Assembly (NCBI GenBank): GCA_964291405.2 | Contig: OZ219926.1 | Location: 416,001 to 480,000, forward strand | Reading direction: 5' to 3' | DNA: 64,000 bases | Source of the DNA: Thermodesulfobacteriota bacterium | Lineage (GTDB): Bacteria > Desulfobacterota > Binatia > Bin18 | In this document: piece by piece, positions 21,815-30,921 of the stretch | Numbering within the stretch: the first letter of the stretch is position 1 | How the letters are laid out: each line of letters opens with the position of its first letter | The notes under the pieces: model-generated | What the model was told of the DNA's origin: nothing | What the model saw: the letters and a program-made list of their open reading frames with translations, nothing else | Databases searched by the model: none | Program-made: the position numbers and the translations under genes

Positions 21815-22636
21815 CTATGCCACTAGCCGGGTTTTACGTATTGGGCGGCTTGGGTCGGAGGATTGTTTTTTCGGCGTTTGGTACTGCGCGGGCGTCTTGG
21901 ACAGATAGGCCGCGCTTGCCACAGTGTGATCGGAGGAGGCGAGACAGGCTTGCTGTCCTTTAAGATAGGCGGACAGAAACTGCTCATACGGAAGATCATA
22001 ACTCTGGGCTAGCAGTTTTTTTGATTCCCGAAAGGCGGTAGGAGCGGTTTGGAGAAACATGTCCGCAGCGCTATTCAGTGTTTTTTCCAGGTCTTTGGCT
22101 TTGACAACTTGGTCTACGAGTCCCCATTCCAGCGCTTGTTTGGCTTTGATCTGCGAGGTCGCCAAGGCAAGCAGCCGACCACGGCCCATCCCAACGACAC
22201 GGGGCAAACGAAACGTACCAAGACCGGGAATGATGCTATGCCGCACCGCGGTGAGGCTGAAAAAGGCATTATCCGCAGCAATCCGCATATCGCAGGTTAA
22301 GGAGAACTGAAGCCCCCCACCGATGCAGGCACCGTGAATGCCACAGATCACGACCTTATCGTACATGGTCTCAAACAGACGCAGAGCCTCTTCCCACTCT
22401 CGAAACCAGGGCATCTGAATCTCGTCCTGGGATACGGCCTTGAGATCAATGCCTGAACAAAATCCTCGTCCGGCCCCGGTGATGATGACCGCCCGGAGGT
22501 CTTTGGCCTCGGCCAGAGTTTGGCCTATGGTATGAAGCTCTTTCACAAAGTGTCCATCCGTCGCATTCACAACCTCGGGTCGGTTAAAAATAATGCGAGC
22601 GATGGGCGGGGCCTTTTCCAAAAGGATGCGTACCAT
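21815..22636 (-). CDS. Enoyl-CoA hydratase/isomerase family protein, first gene of the box operon
   Basis: FCSGIDL, HGACIGGG and ALEWGLVD crotonase motifs. Confidence 0.88.
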   Translation of the reverse strand: MVRILLEKAPPIARIIFNRPEVVNATDGHFVKELHTIGQTLAEAKDLRAVIITGAGRGFCSGIDLKAVSQDEIQMPWFREWEEALRLFETMYDKVVICGIHGACIGGGLQFSLTCDMRIAADNAFFSLTAVRHSIIPGLGTFRLPRVVGMGRGRLLALATSQIKAKQALEWGLVDQVVKAKDLEKTLNSAADMFLQTAPTAFRESKKLLAQSYDLPYEQFLSAYLKGQQACLASSDHTVASAAYLSKTPAQYQTPKKQSSDPSRPIRKTRLVA

Positions 22637-22651
22637 TGTTCTCTCCAGCTT

Positions 22652-22700
22652 CTTAATATATCATTTATAAAGTGTATAGTATATAATTTGTTATATTAAG
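22652..22700. promoter_or_regulatory. Widely spaced inverted repeat, putative PaaX operator
   Basis: CTTAATATATCA-N25-TGTTATATTAAG, with 11 of 12 positions complementary. Confidence 0.6.
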
Positions 22701-22704
22701 TCAA
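22676..22704 (-). promoter_or_regulatory. Sigma70-type promoter of the ECH-boxC-boxB-bclA operon
   Basis: Minus strand TTGACT (22704-22699), 17 nt, TACTAT (22681-22676) in a very AT-rich intergenic region. Confidence 0.65.
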
Positions 22705-22740
22705 GCAAAATGTTATTGCTTCGCATATGATTTGTGAGAC

Positions 22741-23643
22741 ATGCGTCCACGTTCTCTCCTCTTTACTCTGTTCGGTGACTTTGTTCGCAATTACGGCGGT
22801 GAGGTCTGGGTCGGCAGCCTGATCCACCTCATGCAGGAGTTTGATATTGCTCCGCAAGCGGTACGAGTCGCACTTTCACGCATCACTGCCGACGGCTGGC
22901 TACGCAATCGTCGGCTTGGCAAGAAAAGCTTCTACGGACTGACTGCTCAAGGCGAACGGCGCATGGCTGAGGCGGCAAGTCGGATCTATAAACTCGATAA
23001 TCTGGCCTGGAATGGTGAATGGCTGATTGTGACCTACACCATTCCAGAGAAACGCAAAGTCGTTCGGGATAAAATTCGGCGTGAATTAAGTTGGACTGGC
23101 TTTGGTCAACTTGCCAGCAGCGTGTGGATCAGTCCGCGCGACCTGCGACCGCAGCTCATCGAAATTGCTCAGCGCTATGACATTGCGCCCCATCTCGACT
23201 TCTTTACCGCTCGCTACCGTGGTCCAGCAGAGAATCAGCGCCTCGTTGACAAGTGTTGGAATCTTGATGCAATCCAGCAAGGCTATACGGCCTTCATCGA
23301 GGTGTACCGCAGCAAACTCGACCAGCAGCAACTCCTCTCTGATGAGCTCTGTTTTTGTGAAGAGATCCAACTCATCCATGAGTATCGCAAGTTTTTATTC
23401 AGTGACCCTGGTCTGCCGAACAATCTCTTACCCAACACTTGGCGTGGGCACGAGGCCGCCCACCTCATGCGCGAGTACTATCAATACGTTGCCCCAGGGG
23501 CCCATCGTTTTTTTGAGAGCGTTTTTGTTGGGCATCCGGATAATGCCGCCTTCATCAGAAAGCTCGGGAGGCATCCCCGTCTTGATCCGTTTGCAGAAGA
23601 ACTCCGCCGTCAACAGCAGCAGTACTCTGCTGTCGATCTCTAG
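22741..23643 (+). CDS. paaX: PaaX-family transcriptional repressor
   Basis: RSLLFTLFGD, AVRVALSR, W.GEW.IV, L.WTGFG.L and YRKFLFSDPGLP..LLP..W.G. Confidence 0.93.
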   Translation: MRPRSLLFTLFGDFVRNYGGEVWVGSLIHLMQEFDIAPQAVRVALSRITADGWLRNRRLGKKSFYGLTAQGERRMAEAASRIYKLDNLAWNGEWLIVTYTIPEKRKVVRDKIRRELSWTGFGQLASSVWISPRDLRPQLIEIAQRYDIAPHLDFFTARYRGPAENQRLVDKCWNLDAIQQGYTAFIEVYRSKLDQQQLLSDELCFCEEIQLIHEYRKFLFSDPGLPNNLLPNTWRGHEAAHLMREYYQYVAPGAHRFFESVFVGHPDNAAFIRKLGRHPRLDPFAEELRRQQQQYSAVDL

Positions 23644-23717
23644 CCCGCTCAGCAGATTGCTATCCGGCGGAAAACCGCGATAAGGTCGGTTGAAATCCCG
23701 CATGAGGATAATGCACC

Positions 23718-25148
23718 ATGACTCGCCAGATAGGCCCAAGCCCGCAAGAGCTCCAACGTGCGCTCTCTGAGGCGGCGGCATGGGTCGCGTCCTATTTACA
23801 GAAGGTCGGCGACCGGCCGGTCCTGGCGCGAGTCTCACCGGGCGATATCGCGGCAACCCTGCCCGAGAGCCCGCCCGAATACGGCGAGTCACTGGAGATC
23901 ATTCTCAAAGATGTAGACCGCCTCATCCTGCCGGGCATTACACACTGGAATCATCCGGCCTTCTTTGCCTATTTTGGGATTAGTGGATCGGGTCCCGGTA
24001 TTGTGGGCGAACTGCTGTCCGCAGCGCTCAACGTCAATGCCATGCTGTGGCGCACCTCGCCCGCGGCAACCGAACTGGAACAACGCACACTGAGATGGGT
24101 TACCGAGATGCTCGGCCTACCGACTGACTGGTTCGGCGAAATCACAGACACGGCCTCAGCCTCCTCTTTATACGCACTGGCCGCAGCGCGTGAGGCAGCG
24201 GGCCTGGACATTCGCGAGCACGGCATGGCCGGTCGGGACGATCTGCCGCCACTGGCGATGTACACCTCAACCCAGGCGCATAGTTCGATTGATAAAGCGG
24301 CAATTGCGCTGGGTATCGGACGGCGTTGGACCAAGCATATTGAGACAGACGACGCGTTTCGGATGCGACCGGACCGCTTGGAGCAGGCCATTACGAGTGA
24401 TCTGGCGGCTGGAGTCAAACCCGTCGCCGTTGTGGCAACGGTCGGCACGACCTCGTCAACCAGTATTGACCCGATTCCGGCTATTGCCGATATTTGCGAA
24501 CGGCATCAGGTGTGGCTACACGTTGACGCCGCCTATGGTGGAGCCGCAGCCCTTGTCCCCTCGCATCGAGGCGTGCTGGCCGGCTGTGAGCGCGCCGATT
24601 CGTTTGTCACCAACCCGCACAAGTGGCTGCTGACCCCAATCGATTGCAGCCTGCTGTATACGCGCCGGCCCGACGACCTTAAACGTGCCTTTTCGCTGGT
24701 GGCCGAGTATCTCAAAACCGACGAGCAGGATGTGGTCAACTTTATGGACTACGGCCTGTCTCTGGGCCGGCGATTTCGGGCGCTCAAACTGTGGATGGTC
24801 ATCCGCGCCTATGGCCGGGCCGGGCTGGCCTCAATCATCGGCGGCCATATGCGAGAAGCACACTGGCTGGTCGAGCAAATCGACGCCGCACCAAACTGGG
24901 AGAGGCTGGCGCCAGTCCCGTTCTCCACCGTCTGTTTCCGTCACCTGCCGGCCGGCGTCCAAGACCCGGACGAGCATAACGCGGCCCTCATCGACACGGT
25001 AAACGCCAGCGGGCAGGCATTCTTGTCGCACACCAAGCTGGACGGCCGCTATGCCATCCGCGTCGCTATCGGCAACCAGGCTACCATGCATGAACACGTG
25101 GTGCGGGTGTGGGAGTTATTGCAGGCTGCGGCAGCGCAGCCGGAATAA
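23718..25148 (+). CDS. Group II PLP-dependent decarboxylase (aromatic-L-amino-acid decarboxylase-like)
   Basis: PGITHWNHP.FFAYF, SPAATELE, HVDAAYGG, NPHKW (PLP lysine) and GRRFRALKLW. Confidence 0.9.
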   Translation: MTRQIGPSPQELQRALSEAAAWVASYLQKVGDRPVLARVSPGDIAATLPESPPEYGESLEIILKDVDRLILPGITHWNHPAFFAYFGISGSGPGIVGELLSAALNVNAMLWRTSPAATELEQRTLRWVTEMLGLPTDWFGEITDTASASSLYALAAAREAAGLDIREHGMAGRDDLPPLAMYTSTQAHSSIDKAAIALGIGRRWTKHIETDDAFRMRPDRLEQAITSDLAAGVKPVAVVATVGTTSSTSIDPIPAIADICERHQVWLHVDAAYGGAAALVPSHRGVLAGCERADSFVTNPHKWLLTPIDCSLLYTRRPDDLKRAFSLVAEYLKTDEQDVVNFMDYGLSLGRRFRALKLWMVIRAYGRAGLASIIGGHMREAHWLVEQIDAAPNWERLAPVPFSTVCFRHLPAGVQDPDEHNAALIDTVNASGQAFLSHTKLDGRYAIRVAIGNQATMHEHVVRVWELLQAAAAQPE

Positions 25149-25157
25149 GAGGCGGCC

Positions 25158-26396
25158 TTACGATGTCCGGCGCGTATTGCCGTTTTGATCTGTTTGTTCT
25201 GATGGAGACGGACGTTCCTTGAGACGCACACTCACGCTCGACGGGTCCATACCGGCGACTTGAAGGCCAAGCGGGATGTTGACATCGTGCTCGGTCAGGG
25301 GAAAACGGCTCCGCCCAGCCTGGGCGCTTGAGAGATCAACCTGCGCCCGCAGGCCACGTGGGTCAAGCAAGGCCAACAGTTCACGCGATCCCCGCACCCG
25401 CAGGTAAACCTCCTGGGTATTCTTGCCAGTCATGTCCAAATTCCCCGGGATATTGTAGTAGACTACAGGAACCGCAAACCCAACCTCAGTGTTTTGCGGG
25501 CCAACCAGGATCAGCCAGAGGATGCAGACCGCCGCCAGGGCACCCAGCTTTGGGCGAATATTGGCCTCTAGCATATCGCGCCACCGCCAGTGAGCCCGCC
25601 TTTTCTTGGCGCCGGAAAGACGCACATTCAGCCATGTCAACAGCTCGGACGATCCCGGCAGTGTCACCATGCCGCCCCGGTCGACAACAGAGACCGCGCC
25701 TCGCTCTTCCGAAACAACGACAGCCAGCGCGTCAGAGCGCTCCGTAATCCCTAACGCGGCCCGATGACGAGTCCCATACGTATAGGGTAGCGAGCGGGAT
25801 TCTGAAAGCGGCAAGATACAGCCAGCCCGACAGACCCGTCCGGCCCGAATATAAACGGCACCATCGTGCAGCGGGCTGGAGGGCGTAAACAAATTATCAA
25901 GGAGTAAATCGCTGACTTCGGCATCAATCAGGACGCCCTGGCTCCGCAAGAGGGGTTCCACCGGGTCGTTCTGCTCAAAAACGAGAATTGCGCCGTAGCG
26001 CTTTTTCGCCAGGCTAAAACACGTGTCTGCTATCGTGACCAGGAAATCAGCAATCCGAGTTTCAGCAGGAGTTCGACGAAAAATCCTTGGGGTAGAGAAG
26101 ACAGGATTGACCTGCTCAAGAATCTGACGAATTTCAGCCTGGAACACGACGACGACCAGGATAAAGGCCGCGGCCCAAATACCGCCCAGTACCCAGGTGG
26201 TTAAAAAGAGCCCCGCCTGGCTGGCGAGGAAATAGAACAGGCCGAGTACGGCCAGCCCAACCCCTATCCGTGCGGCCTGCGTCCCACGAAAGCGGATATA
26301 GGCCTGGTATACGACAAACGCCATGCAGGCGATGTCAATCCCGTCTCGCCAGCGAAATTCCCAGCCGAGCGGGATGAAATTGAAAAATTCTGTCAC
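25158..26396 (-). CDS. cdaA: Diadenylate cyclase CdaA/DacA fused to a C-terminal YbbR (CdaR-like) domain
   Basis: Three N-terminal TM helices, PLHDGA and GTRHRAA motifs, VVSEERG, then a fourth TM and a YbbR-like domain (V.LRVRGSR..VDLS..G). Confidence 0.9.
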   Translation of the reverse strand: MTEFFNFIPLGWEFRWRDGIDIACMAFVVYQAYIRFRGTQAARIGVGLAVLGLFYFLASQAGLFLTTWVLGGIWAAAFILVVVVFQAEIRQILEQVNPVFSTPRIFRRTPAETRIADFLVTIADTCFSLAKKRYGAILVFEQNDPVEPLLRSQGVLIDAEVSDLLLDNLFTPSSPLHDGAVYIRAGRVCRAGCILPLSESRSLPYTYGTRHRAALGITERSDALAVVVSEERGAVSVVDRGGMVTLPGSSELLTWLNVRLSGAKKRRAHWRWRDMLEANIRPKLGALAAVCILWLILVGPQNTEVGFAVPVVYYNIPGNLDMTGKNTQEVYLRVRGSRELLALLDPRGLRAQVDLSSAQAGRSRFPLTEHDVNIPLGLQVAGMDPSSVSVRLKERPSPSEQTDQNGNTRRTS

Positions 26397-26402
26397 GTTT
26401 TG

Positions 26403-26777
26403 TTACTCGGTGTAGTTCTCGTAAAAAACATAGCTGGTTGAGTAATCACTAAATTCAAAATAGACCTTCTTCTCACCTTCATCGACCCGAAAATTCAGAT
26501 TCTTATCAGCATAGCCATAGCCGAAACGGTAGGGTCTCGCCGTGCTGCCATCACCGGTTGATGCCGCGGTGCTGAGTTTGTCGATCTCAATAAAGCGTAG
26601 CACCAGCTTTTCTCCGGCGTAGATATCCAAGACGCCGTTGGTTCCCGTCCAGTTTTGGATGGAACGGCTCAGCCGGTTCTGCGATTCCTGCGTACAACCG
26701 GCGAGTCCTCCTCCCAGCCCACACAGGAGAAGTCCGGTAACAATAATGATTCGGGAGCGCTGCCACAAACACTGCAT
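26403..26777 (-). CDS. Hypothetical lipoprotein
   Basis: Signal peptide with LAGC lipobox. Ends 6 nt upstream of cdaA. Confidence 0.7.
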   Translation of the reverse strand: MQCLWQRSRIIIVTGLLLCGLGGGLAGCTQESQNRLSRSIQNWTGTNGVLDIYAGEKLVLRFIEIDKLSTAASTGDGSTARPYRFGYGYADKNLNFRVDEGEKKVYFEFSDYSTSYVFYENYTE

Positions 26778-26915
26778 GGGGAATTCCTTACACTCGAACG
26801 TCTCTTCTAATTCAGATTACCATCCCTCCTCGCCGCACGCAAAATAATACGTCAAAACCGCGCGCTCTTGACCCTGCCCCAGGGAACCCATACTGAGCGG
26901 AGATAAGGCTGTTGT

Positions 26916-28028
26916 ATGGCTGTTCCCCTGCTCGATCTCAAAGCTCAATATGTCACAATCCGGGAGGAAATCCGGGTTGCAGTTGAGCGTGTGCTGGAGT
27001 CTCAGCAATTCATTTTGGGACCAGAGGTTGAAGCCCTTGAGCGTGAGATTGCGGCTTACTCCGCATGTCAGTACGGGATCGGGGTGTCATCCGGTACGGA
27101 TGCCCTGCTAGTTGCCCTGATGGCGATAGGCATTCGGCCGAACGATGAGGTCATCACCTCGCCGTATACCTTTTTCTCCTCAGTCGGGAGTATTGCCCGT
27201 CTCGGAGCGCAGCCAGTCTTTGTTGATATTGACCCACTGACATATAATCTGGACCCCGCCCGGATCGAAGCCGCCATCACCCCACGGACCCGAGCCATTA
27301 TCCCGGTCCATCTGTTTGGCCAGATGGCAGACATGGACCCGATTCTTGAGATTGCCGCTCGTCGGAATCTTTTTCTGATCGAAGATGCCGCGCAGGCAAT
27401 CGGCGCGGAATACAAAGGCAAACGAGCTGGCTCGCTTGGGCATTTGGGTTGTTTCAGTTTTTTTCCGTCTAAAAATCTCGGCGGATACGGTGACGGCGGG
27501 ATGGTGACCACCAATGACGCACAGCTTGCGCAGCGGGTCAAACAGTTGCGGAGTCATGGGGAGCAGTCCAGGTATGAGCATACTCGGGTGGGAGGGAACT
27601 TCCGCTTGGACGCCCTCCAAGCTGCGGTGCTGCGCGTCAAACTGCGGCATGTAGATGCCTGGACGGCGGCCCGGCAGCGCAATGCCGACACGTATCGTCG
27701 GCTGTTTGCTTCCCAAAAACTTGGAGAGATGAGCCTGCCGGTCGAGGCTCCGCAACGGCGACACGTCTACCATCAGTTTGTTGTCCAGAGCACCCATCGG
27801 GACGCCCTGTTGGCGACGCTCCAGCGTCAGGATATTGGCGCGGCAATTTACTATCCAACGCCGCTGCATCTCCAACCCTGTTTTTCCTCTTTGCACCATC
27901 AGCGTGGCGCATTCCCCCACAGCGAATACGCCGCAAGGCACAGTCTGGCCCTCCCCATCTATCCGGAGCTCACCCCGGCCATGCAAGAAGAGGGGGTGCA
28001 GGCTATCGTGGCTTTTCATCGAGACTAG
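26916..28028 (+). CDS. DegT/DnrJ/EryC1/StrS sugar aminotransferase
   Basis: VSSGTDAL, IEDAAQAIGA and FSFFPSKNLG.YGDGG. Confidence 0.95.
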   Translation: MAVPLLDLKAQYVTIREEIRVAVERVLESQQFILGPEVEALEREIAAYSACQYGIGVSSGTDALLVALMAIGIRPNDEVITSPYTFFSSVGSIARLGAQPVFVDIDPLTYNLDPARIEAAITPRTRAIIPVHLFGQMADMDPILEIAARRNLFLIEDAAQAIGAEYKGKRAGSLGHLGCFSFFPSKNLGGYGDGGMVTTNDAQLAQRVKQLRSHGEQSRYEHTRVGGNFRLDALQAAVLRVKLRHVDAWTAARQRNADTYRRLFASQKLGEMSLPVEAPQRRHVYHQFVVQSTHRDALLATLQRQDIGAAIYYPTPLHLQPCFSSLHHQRGAFPHSEYAARHSLALPIYPELTPAMQEEGVQAIVAFHRD

Positions 28029-28160
28029 AAAAGCGCGCAGTCCCGTCTCGCTTTCAGAAGCAAGGAAGACGCTCGACCTAAAGTCTCCTCCAAACGTTGA
28101 CAGCTCATCTGTGGAGAGCGATAATTCTCCACGCTTTTATCTCGTGCAGGAGGGTACACC

Positions 28161-28973
28161 ATGCGCAGAAATTGGATCGATCTCAATAGTGATATGGGCG
28201 AGTCGTTTGGCAACTTCGTGCTTGGCCGACCGGAGGAGGTCATGAAGCGCATCTCCCACGCCAATATTGCCTGCGGCTTTCATGCCGGAGACCCGGGCTG
28301 GATGAGTCGCACGGTGGAATGGGCCAAAAAGTATGGAGTCACCGTAGGCGCCCACCCCGGCTTTCCTGATTTGCTGGGCTTTGGCCGACGGCTGATGAAC
28401 ATCACCCATCAGGAGGCGACCGATTATGTCGTCTATCAGGCCGGCGCCCTCAAGGCCTTTTGCGAAATGCACGGCCTCACGCTGCAGGCCGCCAAGCCAC
28501 ACGGCGCGTTCTATTCGTGGGGGATACAGTCCGAAGACAATGCTCGCGCCATTCTGGAGGGTTTTCAGGCTGTTGAGCCAAACCTCACCGTCTACCTGCC
28601 CGCCCTGCCCTCTTTCCCGCTGGTCTCCACCGCAGAAAAGATGGGGTTTCGGGTGGTCAAGGAATTCTATCCGGGCCTGAACTACGACGCGACTGGTGCG
28701 ATTACCGTCAAGCGCTCGTATGGCACCGAAGATGTGGAAGAGATCGTTGAGCTCGTGCTGCGCTTTGCCGTTGACGGACAGACAACCGCAGATAGTGGAG
28801 ACGTGATCGACGTTGAGGGAGAAAGCGTGTGTGTCCATGGAGATGTGGTCAATGCCCCGGAAGTCCTCGACGGACTGCATGCCGCCCTCCAACGAGAAGG
28901 CATAGCTATTCGGAGCGCGATTCATACCGAGAGTGCGGACATTCTGCCTTTGCAGGAACGAGCGAGCGCCTAG
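28161..28973 (+). CDS. pxpA: 5-oxoprolinase subunit A (LamB/YcsF)
   Basis: IDLNSDMGESFG, ANIACGFHAGDP, KPHGA and CVHGD. Confidence 0.92.
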   Translation: MRRNWIDLNSDMGESFGNFVLGRPEEVMKRISHANIACGFHAGDPGWMSRTVEWAKKYGVTVGAHPGFPDLLGFGRRLMNITHQEATDYVVYQAGALKAFCEMHGLTLQAAKPHGAFYSWGIQSEDNARAILEGFQAVEPNLTVYLPALPSFPLVSTAEKMGFRVVKEFYPGLNYDATGAITVKRSYGTEDVEEIVELVLRFAVDGQTTADSGDVIDVEGESVCVHGDVVNAPEVLDGLHAALQREGIAIRSAIHTESADILPLQERASA

Positions 28974-29033
28974 CTTCTGGCCAGTGGAACTTCTCGGCGA
29001 TGCTACTCGGTAGGTGTGGAACAGGGTGGAGCC

Positions 29034-29909
29034 ATGTCAGAGACGCGCTATGACTACGGTGGCGATGAATATCTGCTGGTGGTCTTCAGCGAGGCAATGG
29101 ACCTCGCCATTAATTTCAAGCTGCTATCAATCTGTCGCGAGATTGAGCGCAGGCGCATCCCTGGGGTCATTGAGGTCTGTCCGGCCAATGCTTCCTATCT
29201 GGTCCATTTCCGTCCCGAAGAGACCCATCCCGACACCTTGATTCGGACGCTTAAGGAGCTCGAACGCGAGATTCAGTCCGCGGAGGCGCTGACCTCTCGG
29301 CTGGTCGATATCCCGGTGCTGTTCGACGATCCCTGGACCCAGGAGTGCGCCAAACGCTTTGCCGACCGGCATCAGGATCCGTCGGTGTCCAACCTCGAAT
29401 ACCTGATGCGGGTGAACGGCTATTCCTCGAAGGAGGAGTTCATTACGGCCTACTGCGACCGGCCGTACTGGATCTCCATGGTCGGCTTTGTCCCCGGCAC
29501 GGCCTGGTGCTATCGCATGTGCCCGCCCGAGCAGGCCATTCAGGCACCCAAATACATTCGCCCGCGTACGGACACCCCCGAGCGTGCCGTGGCCCATGCC
29601 GGGGTGTTTCTGTGCATTTACCCCGTGCAGGGACCGGGCGGATATCAGCTGATCGGCATGTCTGCCGTGCCCGTGTATGACCCGGAGGAACACCTGCCAG
29701 ATCTCAAAGGACGCTATATTCTGGCCAATGCCGGGGATCGCTGGCAATTCCGACCTATTGACATGGATGAGTATAAGGATATCCGCTCGCAGGTCGAAGC
29801 CGGCAGCTATCGCTACCGCATTATTGAACAGAATTTTCATCCGGGCGAATATATGCGCGATCCGGAACACTATCTCAAACACCTGCGAGAAGAAGCCGCT
29901 CATGCTTAG
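29034..29909 (+). CDS. pxpB: 5-oxoprolinase subunit B (allophanate hydrolase subunit 1 family)
   Basis: YGGDE, MVGFVPG, PKY.RPRTDTP and GPGGYQLIG. Confidence 0.88.
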   Translation: MSETRYDYGGDEYLLVVFSEAMDLAINFKLLSICREIERRRIPGVIEVCPANASYLVHFRPEETHPDTLIRTLKELEREIQSAEALTSRLVDIPVLFDDPWTQECAKRFADRHQDPSVSNLEYLMRVNGYSSKEEFITAYCDRPYWISMVGFVPGTAWCYRMCPPEQAIQAPKYIRPRTDTPERAVAHAGVFLCIYPVQGPGGYQLIGMSAVPVYDPEEHLPDLKGRYILANAGDRWQFRPIDMDEYKDIRSQVEAGSYRYRIIEQNFHPGEYMRDPEHYLKHLREEAAHA

Positions 29910-30906
29910 CATCCTCGAGCCCGGCCTGTTGACCACCGTCCAGGACCTCGGTCGCTTACTCTGGTACCACATCGGCATGCCGCCTTCGGGCGCGCTGGAC
30001 GATTTCTCATTTCGGGTCGGCAACCTGCTGGTCGGCAACCCGGAGAACGCCGCGGGGCTGGAAGTGACCTACTCCGGACCATCGTTCGAGGTGACGAGTG
30101 AGGGTTTGATCGCGGTGACCGGTGCGGACATCGCGTTTACAATCAACAATCAGCCCGCGGCGCAGTGGCGCGCTCACGCCCTGTATCCTGGCGACCGCGT
30201 CAGCATGGGCGGAGTGCGCCGTGGGGCACGGGCCTATATCTGTCTGGCCGGCGGGATTACGGTGTCCGAACGGCTCGGCAGCCGCTCGACCTATATGCTG
30301 GGCCGCTTCGGCGGTCTGGACGGACGCAAACTTGAGGCCGGCGACTGCCTCCCGCTCGGCGCGCCCCACACCTCACCCGATGCGATGCTAGGACGTACCT
30401 GCGATCCGGCACTGATCCCGGTTCCGCAAAAAGAACTCGATGTGCGCGTCGTAATGGGCATGTGTAGCCATCGTGTGGCCCCGGACAGCCTGAAGGGCTT
30501 TCTGGCTGCGGACTGGGAAGTCTCGACCGAAGCCGACCGGATCGGCTATCGACTCAAAGGCCCGACATTTGAGTTCAACGCTGGCGAGCAGCCGTTTGGC
30601 GCGGGCGCCGATCCCTCCAATGTGGTCGATCTGGGCTACCCGATCGGCTCGATCCAGATTCCGGGCGGGCTGGAGGCCATCGTTCTCTTAAACGATGCGG
30701 TGACGGGCGGTGGCTATACCACCATTGGCACGGTCATCAAAGCGGACCTCGATTTGATTGCACAGGCCTCACCCGGCGGTCATGTCCGCTTTCACGAGGT
30801 CACTATTAACGAGGCGCTCCAAGCACGCCGGGAGCGCGAGGCGCGCCTGGAGTTAATTCGTCTGGAGTTGGGGCTGTTCGACCAAGCCGGTGTGCTGGGA
30901 CAGTAG
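29902..30906 (+). CDS. pxpC: 5-oxoprolinase subunit C (allophanate hydrolase subunit 2 family)
   Basis: PGLLTTVQDLGR, GMPPSGALD, LGSRST, DRIGYRL and TGGGY. Overlaps the pxpB stop. Confidence 0.9.
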   Translation: MLSILEPGLLTTVQDLGRLLWYHIGMPPSGALDDFSFRVGNLLVGNPENAAGLEVTYSGPSFEVTSEGLIAVTGADIAFTINNQPAAQWRAHALYPGDRVSMGGVRRGARAYICLAGGITVSERLGSRSTYMLGRFGGLDGRKLEAGDCLPLGAPHTSPDAMLGRTCDPALIPVPQKELDVRVVMGMCSHRVAPDSLKGFLAADWEVSTEADRIGYRLKGPTFEFNAGEQPFGAGADPSNVVDLGYPIGSIQIPGGLEAIVLLNDAVTGGGYTTIGTVIKADLDLIAQASPGGHVRFHEVTINEALQARREREARLELIRLELGLFDQAGVLGQ

Positions 30907-30921
30907 AAGACGTCAGCGCTA

